Shown in pieces: positions 33,431 to 44,000 of a stretch of 64,000 nucleotides of DNA. The notes under the pieces were generated by a model that searched no databases, was not told the DNA's origin, and worked only from the letters and a program-made list of their open reading frames with translations. Positions within the stretch are counted from its first letter, which is position 1; each line of letters begins with the position of its first letter. A program made the translations under genes and the position numbers. Source of the DNA: Asterias rubens (Eukaryota); NCBI RefSeq assembly GCF_902459465.1, contig NC_047071.1, forward strand, positions 12,090,001 to 12,154,000, given 5' to 3'.

Positions 33431-34962
33431 AGGCTTCATTATGGTCTTCCTTGCACACACTTAAATACCTCAATGATTTCTGATACTATTTTATCGGTAG
33501 TACTGCATTGTTTATTCTAAAAACATGATATGAGATATTTGTAACATATACAAATAGGGCATTCATCTTGAATGGACTTTTCACATGACTCAGGAAGATA
33601 CTGAGTAAACAGTGTTAACACACATTGGTGAAAGGGTTAAACCAAAATTATCAATCTTTATCCTGGATGCAAATTTAACATCTTTTAAAATAGGAATAGT
33701 AGTTTTACATCGATCATTACTAAATTTTACCAAAGCAACAGCTGTCACTGCAGTGATCAGAACTATAATACAGTTTTTATTGCAATTTGTATTGGTCTCA
33801 TAAAAAATGCTTTGCATATTGTTTAGCCCCTGGTAATTGTATATTGAAATGAATTAAATAAATTTGATTTCTCAATAATAAGTGTAGATTTCGTAGATTA
33901 CCAATGCATGCATATTTTTAGTAATTTTTACGAACGGCCACAAATCCCTTGCAGCCAAAAAATGTATGTTTGGAGAAACAATTTTTAAAGTTTAGAAGTT
34001 AATTTTGAAATTACTGGCTGGTACATGGAGACTATTCACGGTTTAATTTTTTGAAACTTTACACTGGCAGCTATTTGGTCCTGTTACCGTAAACGTTAAT
34101 ATTCAAAAGTAACTTTTATCATCTTGTTGTTGATTTGTTGAGAAACATTACATAATTGGTATGAACAAAACTTGTCTAAGATCACAGATTTACATCAAAG
34201 TTACTAGGTCTATTGATGATTGACACTGACAGTAGAAAACATCCCTTTAAATGTTTCTGTCTGAAATGTCATATTTTATGAGAAGTTTATAAAACTAATT
34301 TGCCATTTTGAGTTTGTTGCACATTGAGCGAAAATGTGTTATAAATTTTCACTATTTGTTCGTGACCCAGGTGGCTGTTCGGTCATTAGCCTATACAGGT
34401 TTGTTTATATACATTGTAAATGGTGGATTACATAAAGTGGTTACACTGCCAGGAGTGCCAGCAACTGTTTTGTTAGCAAAAGCCAATAATGTAATTGTTG
34501 CTTTAAACATAACTTTTACATAATGTGTTTGTGTAGTGTGATGAATTGTTTATAACGCTATTAAGTTGTAAATTTATTAAATTTTATCTATCATATAGTG
34601 TGATTGCAGAAAAAAAATCACATACGTTTTATGAAGTGTGCCTACTCCTGTTTAAGCCTTGGCGACTAGGGTCGACATTGGTTAATCATGCTGCCTTGAA
34701 CATCACTGACATCAGTGACACAATCTATCAATCCTTTCAGCAGGAATTTTAGTATATTGGGCCTGCGGCAACCAAATGCTGCATTGCATCTTGGGAATTA
34801 AAAATTACTCGCAACTACATGTAGTTCAAATTCGCAACTGTTTGTGGTGCGACTAGTCAAGTAGTAAATGTCACAGGCTTACCCCTGTTGTTAATACCTG
34901 TGTTAATATGTTGCCTTTTTTAATGTTTAATTTCTACATTTATATTACCATTTAAAATCTTT

Positions 34963-35362
34963 TAAAAAGGCACTGGACACTACTGGTAATTACTCAAAGT
35001 TCTATTATTCTCAATGAATTGTTTTTGACTTTTCAGGAAAAGTATAAATGACTTTTCCTGAAATTCATATTATGTTACCACTTTTGTGCTCTCCCTCTCT
35101 TTCAGAGATAGGTAGTCTTTGTGCAGGAAAAATCATCGTCTTAACTATCAGCATAAACACAATATTTGTACCCAATGGAGATACTCGGCTGAGTGGCCGT
35201 GGGAGACAGAGAAAGACTTTAGGCCTGAAGCCTTTCTCAGTTGAAGCCCAATTGATCAAATGAGCCAATGATTCCACAAAATTGTTACTTTGTGCATGTT
35301 GGGATACACCAAGTGAGATACTGGTCTTTGACAAATACCAAATGTGTTCAGTGCCTTTGTAA
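34963..35362. mobile_element. Diverged TTAA-family MITE within the unit (also in units 2-4)
   Basis: aaaggcactggacactactggtaattactcaaa ... gatacaccaagtgagatactggtctttgacaa...cagtgcctttgtaa. Confidence 0.65.
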
Positions 35363-36294
35363 AATAGGGAAGAAATAGAGAAACCTAAAACAACATGTCA
35401 TTTCTCTCAGTGGCCCTTTAACCACCAATCACATGAAATGCCTTCTACAAATTGTATTTCAAATGAGAATTGGAACCGATATCACACGACACAAAAAATG
35501 TCTGTTTGAAAATTTGTTTTTCATTGGTACTTGAGCCGTCACTCAAATCATAGTAATTTAATTTGTTGTCATGGTTATGGTTGGTAATAAATTTTTAACA
35601 AAATATGCAAGTTGCCAGAGGCCATTGCCACTTGCTCCTAGGGCTGAAACAGGGTTAACCCCTTTTAAACTCCATAGGAATGTAGGCTTGGGTATCATCA
35701 GTCTGAAACCTGGCCGGTAGGGCAGAAAGCACTACGTCCCTAATTTGACGTAGCCACATAGACATTTGTAAAGTGCATAATAATGCAAAAAGCCTCTCTA
35801 AGTGCATAGAACAATAAAGTGTATGTCTGATTCTTCTACATGTATGTTAGATATCAATCTGCTTCCAAAGAAGAAGTATAATTAAAAGTATACATTATTC
35901 CCATTTTTGCTTGTGATTTATGTATCTAGTAACTTTAAATGAATGTGTCATTCAATGTAGTTACAATTCAGCTGTAATGTTGTGAAAACTTAACCTTTAA
36001 TCTATTGATCTATCTATCTATCTTTCTTTCTTTCTTTGAACCTGTTGATCAATGGAGCCGAACAGCCACCCACAGCGCTTTTCTCGATATAGATAATAGT
36101 TTAAAACTGACATTGGCTCTAACACCCGCGCTTAACTGGAAGTAAAGGTCAGATGGGGTCACACTCTGTGTAGCTTTTGTTTAAAAGTATGCAAAGCCCA
36201 TGCGATGATTTATAGATTGTACAAATCCATTGTGTGGTTTATGTGTTATGTATTATATTAAACTTTTATTTAATGTATTGCAGTACATAATGTA

Positions 36295-37195
36295 GGATTT
36301 AAATAGACCAAGACATGGGGACGAAAAATCACCCAAAATATTCAACATGGTGTTGAAAGAGGTTTTCAAGAACACTTTACTGGATGAGAGGGGTACATTA
36401 TCGATGGAGAAATGTTATTAGATCCATGCTTTGCAGATGATGTGGCTCTATCACCTCTTCTGCTAATGACTTAGAAGTGCAAATAAATGAAGTAAACAGC
36501 AAAAATAAAGACAATGATTTGAAGATGCACAAGGAAAAGTCCATGACCAACTTCAATACAGATGACTCAATAATGGTGGAGGACCAAGAGATCGCCATGG
36601 GTCAATGAATATAAATACTGTACCAAACAGTAAAACTGAACGACATCACAAAAGATGGAGCATCAACCAGGATTAAGACAGGACGGAGCTCCTTTGGACG
36701 ACACAGAGGAATATTTTGTGATAGGAACATACCTACATGGTATTGAGGAGAAAAATAATAGGATCAGTGTGGGCTAACAACAATAACTTATGGAGCAGAA
36801 ACATGGACAGACAACAACAAAACTGATAGAACATGAACTTTGCACACCAACAAAAGCAAGGGAGAGACGAGTGCTACATTTCTTAATATAGACACAGGAT
36901 TAAATGCACAGAAACAAGAGAGAACAGAGGAAAATATGAAAAAGCCTATATGGAGATAGGATGGACACTTTACCCTAAGAAATGACAATATATGGACAAC
37001 AAGAATCATGGATTGGCAACCAAGGACAGGGAAAGGGAAAATAGGTACAAGTAGACAGAGAAGAAGATCATCACTGAGAAATGACATCATGCAGGAGCAA
37101 CATGAACCAGAACTGCAAGTAATAGAAATGAATGGCATTTACATGAGGAGGGACATATCCTACACTGGATGCGTACACAGCCTAAGTGATGATCT
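36295..37195 (+). mobile_element. Decayed RTE-clade LINE 3' fragment (RT); copies at ~43550-44445, ~51250-52140, ~58975-59870
   Basis: Frameshifted R.GD..SPKIFNMVLKEVF...G..IDGEML...FADDVAL...VNEYKY...RIKTG.SSF...ITYGAETWT; ends in a tgatgat tail. Confidence 0.85.
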
Positions 37196-37289
37196 TTAAA
37201 AGTACATTTGTGACGTCACTAACAACGTAACTGAATAATTTTCATCTCTGAATAGCTAACTAAATGTGAAGTTTCTGTGGGAGCTGCTG

Positions 37290-38450
37290 CTTGCTGGATG
37301 TTTCCGGTATGGAATCGATAAAATGGAACTGGAACTGAACGACTGTTTTCGGGTACCCATTTACCTAGTTAACTGCTACGAGCTTACAGTGGACCAAATT
37401 GTTCTGGATGGTGGACTCCAAGAGTGGATAATGGAATGAAGACCTATGTGGATAATGCTAATTGCGTGCGCGCTTCCAGTGTACTGTGTGGGTGATGGTG
37501 CTATCTGCATTTCTGGTGACTTAAACATCATGGAAGATGATGGTATTGTTCTCCTTCAGTTCCATGGTCAATTTGATGAGTGCATGCTGGTTGTTCAGGT
37601 GTTGGAGGAACTGATGATCAAGTGTTGTCTTGACAACACTGACATAAATGTTGAACTTGTGTTGGTGATATGGTGCTGTGTGAGGCCAATTGGGTGGAGG
37701 ATCTTGGTGAGATGTCTGGCCATGTTGTAGGTTGGTGAACCCCTGGACACCACTATGTCGTGGAGGGGAGCATCAAGATTGTGTATCTTGGGTTGTCTGA
37801 GGAAACGAGGGCAGGGGATTCAGAGAGCTCTAGAATGCAAATTAAAATGACGCTAAATTGGTGTGCTATAATGGCTTGAAACAAATGGAGCTGCTATGTG
37901 ATCTTGCATTCAATATCCGGAATGGGGTTTCTTGTAGGTGTCTGTCCCTAACACAACTCTAACCCTCATCCCAACCCTCATCCAAACCCTAACCCTAGTT
38001 CTACCCGGGAGTTCTATCACCCTAACCCGTAATGTAACCCTAACCCCTCACTCATGACCTCACTCATGACCACACTTGCCTACACAAACGACTATAAGCC
38101 TACAACCGACCCTTACAGACACCAACCTTCACTTAGACACCAACTGACACTTACAGATACCTACCAAAGAAACCCCATTCCAGATATTAAATGAAAGATC
38201 ACATACCAGTTCCGGTCTCAAGCCTAGTGTTCGGTGCAGCGCGATGTGGCAGCTTTTGCTATTGCTCTCCTGCAAATGTCTCTGTCTTCTCTGTTTTGGT
38301 TGTCTGCATATGTGCATGTCTTTTTCAAGGTGTTTGAAGTTTGATTCGCTTGGAGAGTTGTGCCATCCCTTGAGTGGACAGGAGGGTCATTGATGTTGCA
38401 AGGTTATAAGCGATCACCGTTTCTTCAACAAAAGAACTGGGTACAGATGC
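37290..38450. mobile_element. Scrambled/inverted Penelope-like remnants around degenerate CCCTAA repeats; copies at ~44550-45710, ~52230-53400, ~59970-61130
   Basis: Minus strand gives CPRFLRQPKIHNLDAPLHDIVVSRGSPTYNMARHLTKILHP and VNGYPKTVV. Plus arm gacacttacagatacctaccaaagaaaccccattcc mirrors gaatggggtttcttgtaggtgtctgtc. Confidence 0.8.
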
Positions 38451-38454
38451 TAAT

Positions 38455-38960
38455 TGCTGATGCCAAGATCAGGAGAGCATACATTGTACTACTCTGACAA
38501 ATTCTGCATTGCCAATTCCAAGGACATTGTGCATACTATTCTGACAAATTCTGCAGTGCCAATCCCAAGGACATTGTACATACTACTCTGACAGATCCCC
38601 CAGTGCCAATCCCAAGGACATACTGTATACTACTCCTGCATCCCAAGGACACTGTGCTTACGCAAATTCTCCAGTGCCAATCACAAAGGACTTTGTGCAT
38701 ACGTCTCTGACAAATTCTCCAATGCCAATCCCAAGGACATTGTGCTTACGCAAACTCTCCAGTGCCAATCCCAAGGACACTGTGTGCACACTGCTCTGAC
38801 AAACTCTGGTGCCAATCCCAGGGACTTTGTGCACACTAATTTGACAATGTCTGCAGTGCCAATCCTAAGGACATTGTGCTTACGCAAATTCTCTAGTGCC
38901 AATCCCAAGGACACTGTGCAGACTACTCAGACAAATTCTCCAATGCCAAATCCAAGGAAA
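38455..38960. repeat. ~47-bp minisatellite; copies at ~45715-46305, ~53410-54000, ~61140-61730
   Basis: Core tgccaatcccaaggaca with related inter-core sequence; about 11 cores in unit 1 and about 13 in units 2-4. Confidence 0.9.
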
Positions 38961-39059
38961 TTGTAAACCACAAAGATGGTCTATTGACTAACTGTTGAAT
39001 AACTCGCTGGAGATATTCTACTTTGAAAGCTGGAGATATTCTACTTTGAAAACTCATCC

Positions 39060-39200
39060 CCGGTAGACATTGATGCCCAAAGAAGACCTTTTTTGACCAA
39101 TTGATGGAGAATACTGGATGCAGGTTTGAAAATAAACAGAGAAAGATGGAAGAATCATGTCAAAGAAAGCCGAGCACGTCCGACCTGATGAAGATGAGGA
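39060..39200 (+). mobile_element. 3' end of a second LINE (RTE-X/L2-like); present in each unit
   Basis: Translates approximately FDQLMENTGCRFENK / RERWKNHVKESRARPT followed by tgatgaagatga, a typical LINE ORF2 terminus. Confidence 0.55.
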
Positions 39201-40670
39201 ATATCTGTACCAACTGTAAAGCTAATGTCACGAAATAATAGTTACATGTAATAGTTAGCTTAAACTAATTAGTTAATTTTCTTAATATTGACATAAAAGA
39301 TGTCTTGATGAGAACCTTATCAATTACTTATAATAAGCTTACAAGGTAATTGCATATCAAAACACTTGATGCATATAAATACATGTATGTTATAAATTTT
39401 GTCTGAAGTATGATTCCATGTGACCTTTACTTCTGGCCAAAACCGGGAGTTCAAATTTCAGAATTCAAAAGTTCATGTCTCATGAACCAAACTAAATTCA
39501 TCTTTGGGGGACGTTAAATCAATGCAAGCACATTGAGATAGGTATTGTGAAATGCGCGCTATAAAAGATTTATTATTAATTTTATTTATTTAATGTTACA
39601 CAAATCTGGAGAGCCATAAAAGTCCCAAATGGAAGCACCATATGTTGTATTGAATAGGTTCACTGCGCTCCTTTTCTATTTCCTCTTCTACTTTCCCTTC
39701 TCTCTTTTCAAGGAACACCTTGCCAGTTGAGATTTAGCTTTTGTTTAGTGTATATATTAGGAGGCGCCTGGACCCTGGAATGGTCGACACTTCATTGATG
39801 TCAGTTGGAGTATATACACACAGATCTCCTGCTGGCGGGAAAGGCGTATCCCAACGAAGTGTGGACCTTGGACAATACTGTTTACTGAAAGTGTCCAATT
39901 GGTTTAAAATAGCCAGTTTTAGAGATTACTGGAACTGCATGTTTCATGAAAAGTTAGCAGATTGTTACATTCAGGGGTATATGGACTACCCCAAGTCAAA
40001 CTGAGTAACTATGGTAAAATAAAAGAGTTGTACTGGTTAGTAATATGCTTCTTGGAAGAAAATACTTTTGAAGGTTCATTATACAAATAGCTGTTACATG
40101 TGTATTGTCAATATGTTTCTTCCACGCTAAATTCAATATAGATTCCCAAAAATTTAGTACCGTTTCCCTGAGCTTAAAGAGAATTGACGAGAAAGTGTAG
40201 TTTCGCGGATAGTCTATGAGCTGAAGGCGAGTAAAATGCGGTAACGAATTTACATTAGGAAGAGTCTATTCTCTGACTTAAACTTTTGTCATTGATTATG
40301 TTTCAGCTAAATGGTTTTCTCAATAATACGTGTACATTCATAAGATTACTGATATGCAAACATATTCATATGCTAATCTACTGGTCAGCATTCATTTGGT
40401 GTACGATCTTCTAAGAGAACAACATGCAGACCAAGAGAGTCCATCAGCAAAGCTCGATACCACAGAGTCTTCAAATACATGTTCCGTCTCTTTCAACTCG
40501 GGAGAACTGGCATCTTCATCAAAAGACAGCCATCGATCTCACATTATCGTTACCATTGTGATTCTAAAGTAAATTCATCTTGCTATTGATTAGATTGTCT
40601 ATCATAGCTTTTACAGATTATGTCTTTATATTATAGTGTGACGACTTTTTCAATGTTTCCGGCCTAATTG

Positions 40671-40925
40671 TTAAAGGCACTGGACACACTTGGTAATTGT
40701 CAAAGACCAGTATTCTCACTTGGTGTATCCCAAAATACATGTATGCTTAAAATAACAATCAGTGAAACTTTGGGCTCAATTGGTCATCAAAGATACATAA
40801 GAAAATAATGGAGCCATTCCCCACAATGTTTTTTACTATCAACAGCTATCCATTGCTCATTAACAAGTCAGTTTTTATGCTAACAATTGTTTTGAGTAAT
40901 TACCAATAGTGTCCAGTGCCTTTAA
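40671..40925. mobile_element. Internally deleted TTAA MITE within the unit (also in units 2-4)
   Basis: ttaaaggcactggacac ... gtgtccagtgcctttaa. Confidence 0.8.
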
Positions 40926-41042
40926 GGTTCTTGTTTGTAGTTCTGTTTATTGCTACAGTTTAAACTCTGTTTTGTTTAAATTTGTCACTCTGTAATTTTG
41001 TTTAATCAAGGGAGGTTTACAATGTAGAGGATAACGTCCATA

Positions 41043-44000
41043 GGGACTAGTTCTATGTTATACAAGTTTCTAGTAGGCTTCATTATGGTCTTCCTTGCAC
41101 ACACTTAAATACCTCAATGATTTCTGATACTATTTTATTGGTAGTACTGCATTGTTTATTCTAAAAACATGATATGAGTTATTTGTAACATATACAAATA
41201 GGGCATTCATCTTGAATGGACTTTTCACATGACTCAGGAAGATACTGAGTAAACAGTGTTAACACACATTGGTGAAAGGGTTAAACCAAAATTATCAATC
41301 TTTATCCTGGATGCAAATTTAACATCTTTTAAAATAGGAATAGTAGTTTTACATCGATCATTACTAAATTTTACCAAAGCAACAGCTGTCACTGCAGTGC
41401 TCAGAACTATAATACAGTTTTTATTGCAATTTGTATTGGTCTCATAAAAAATGCTTGGCATATTGTTTAGCCCCTGGTAATTGTATATTGAAATGAATTA
41501 AATAAATTTGATTTCTCACTAATAAGTGTAGATTTTGTAGATTACCAATGCATGCATATTTTTAGTAATTTTTACGAACGGCCACAAATCCCTGGCACTA
41601 TTTTTTCGTGACCCAGGTGGCTGTTCGGTCATTGGCCTATATACAGGTTTGTTTAATATACATTGTAAATGGTGGATTACATAAAGTGGTTACACTGCCA
41701 GGAGTGCCAGCAACTGTTTTGTTAGCAAAAGCCAATAATGTAATTGTTGCTTTAAACATAACTTTTACATAATGTGTTTGTGTAGTGTGATGAATTGTTT
41801 ATAACGCTATTAAGTTGTAAATTTATTAAATTTTATCTATCATATAGTGTGATTGCAGAAAAAAAATCACATACGTTTTATGAAGTGTGCCTACTCCTGT
41901 TTAAGCCTGGGCGACTAGGGTCGACATTGGTTAATCATGCTGCCTTGAACATCACTGACATCAGTGACACAATCTATCAATCCTTTCAGCAGGAATTTTA
42001 GTATATTGGGCCTGCGGCAACCAAATGCTGCATTGCATCTTGGGAATTAAAAATTACTCGCAACTACATGTAGTTCAAATTCGCAACTGTTTGTGGTGCG
42101 ACTAGTCAAGTAGTAAATGTCACTAGTTGCCCAGGCTTACCCCTGTTGTTAATACCTATGTTAATATGTTGCCTTTTTTAATGTTTAATTTCTACATTTA
42201 TATTACCATTTAAAATCTTTTAAAAAGGCACTGGACACTACTGGTAATTACTCAAAGTTCTATTATTCTCAATGAATTGTTTTTGACTTTTCAGGAAAAG
42301 TATAAATGACTTTTCCTGAAATTCATATTATGTTACCACTTTTGTGCTCTCCCTCTCTTTCAGAGATAGGTAGTCTTTGTGCAGGAAAAATCATCGTCTT
42401 AACTATCAGCATAAACACAATATTTGTACCCAATGGAGATACTGGCTGAGTGGCCGTGGGAGACAGAGAAAGACTTTAGGCCTGAAGCCTTTTTCAGTTG
42501 AAGCCCAATTGATCAAATGAGCCAATGATTCCACAAAATTGTTACTTTGTGCATGTTGGGATACACCAAGTGAGATACTGGTCTTTGACAAATACCAAAT
42601 GTGTTCAGTGCCTTTGTAAAATAGGGAAGAAATAGAGAAACCTAAAACAACATGTCATTTCTCTCAGTGGCCCTTAAACCACCAATCACATGAAATGCCT
42701 TCTACAAATTGTATTTCATATGAGAATTGGAACCGATATCACACGACACAAAAAATGTCTGTTTGAAAATTTGTTTTTCATTGGTACTTGAGCCGTCACT
42801 CAAATCATAGTAATTTAATTTGTTGTCATGGTTATGGTTGGTAATAAATTTTTAAAAAAATATGCAAGTTGCCAGAGGCCATTGCCACTTGCTCCTAGGG
42901 CTGAAACAGGGTTAACCCCTTTTAAACTCCATAGGAATGTAGGCTTGGGTATCATCAGTCTGAAACCTGGCCGGTAGGGCAGAAAGCACTACGTCCCTAA
43001 TTTGACGTAGCCACATAGACATTTGTAAAGTGCATAATAATGCAAAAAGCCTCTCTAAGTGCATAGAACAATAAAGTGTATGTCTGATTCTTCTACATGT
43101 ATGTTAGATATCAATCTGCTTCCAAAGAAGAAGTATAATTAAAAGTATACATTATTCCCATTTTTGCTTGTGATTTATGTATCTAGTAACTTTAAATGAA
43201 TGTGTCATTCAATGTAGTTACAATTCAGCTGTAATGTTGTGAAAACTTAACCTTTAATCTATTGATCTATCTATCTATCTTTCTTTCTTTCTTTGAACCT
43301 GTTGATCAATGGAGCCGAACAGCCACCCACAGCGCTTTTCTCGATATAGATAATAGTTTAAAACTGACATTGGCTCTAACACCCGCGCTTAACTGGAAGT
43401 AAAGGTCAGATGGGGTCACACTCTGTGTAGCTTTTGTTTAAAAGTATGCAAAGCCCATGCGATGATTTATAGATTGTACAAATCCATTGTGTGGTTTATG
43501 TGTTATGTATTATATTAAACTTTTATTTAATGTATTGCAGTACATAATGTAGGATTTAAATAGACCAAGACATGGGGACGAAAAATCACCCAAAATATTC
43601 AACATGGTGTTGAAAGAGGTTTTCAAGAACACTTTACTGGATGAGAGGGGTACATTATCGATGGAGAAATGTTATTAGATCTATGCTTTGCAGATGATGT
43701 GGCTCTATCACCTCTTCTGCTAATGACTTAGAAGTGCAAATAAATGAAGTAAACAGCAAAAATAAAGACAATGATTTGAAGATGCACAAGGAAAAGTTCA
43801 TGACCAACTTCAATACAGATGACTCAATAATGGTGGAGGACCAAGAGATCGCCATGGGTCAATGAATATAAATACTGTACCAAACAGTAAAACTGAACGA
43901 CATCACAAAAGATGAAGCATCAACCAGGATTAAGACAGGATGGAGCTCCTTTGGACGACACAGAGGAATATTTTGTGATAGGAACATACCTACATGGTAT

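Larger units (their letters stand above)
33399..41042. repeat. Tandem array unit 1 (7,644 bp; most divergent copy)
   Basis: Marker gggactagttctatgttatacaag recurs at 33399, 41043, 48379, 56072 and 63799, with colinear internal content. Confidence 0.95.

Noticed and set aside
38455-38960. CRISPR-like pattern of a constant ~17-bp core with intervening ~28-bp segments
   Set aside because: The intervening segments are homologous to each other (tgtgcatactactctgacaaattc variants), there are no cas genes and the context is eukaryotic. It is a minisatellite.
40330-40572. ORF with YDLL and SHRSHIIVTI, reminiscent of kinesin motor motifs
   Set aside because: Motif spacing (~40 aa) is shorter than in kinesins (~54 aa), there is no P-loop or DLAGSE exon elsewhere in the unit, there are no convincing splice sites and the frame is broken in some copies.
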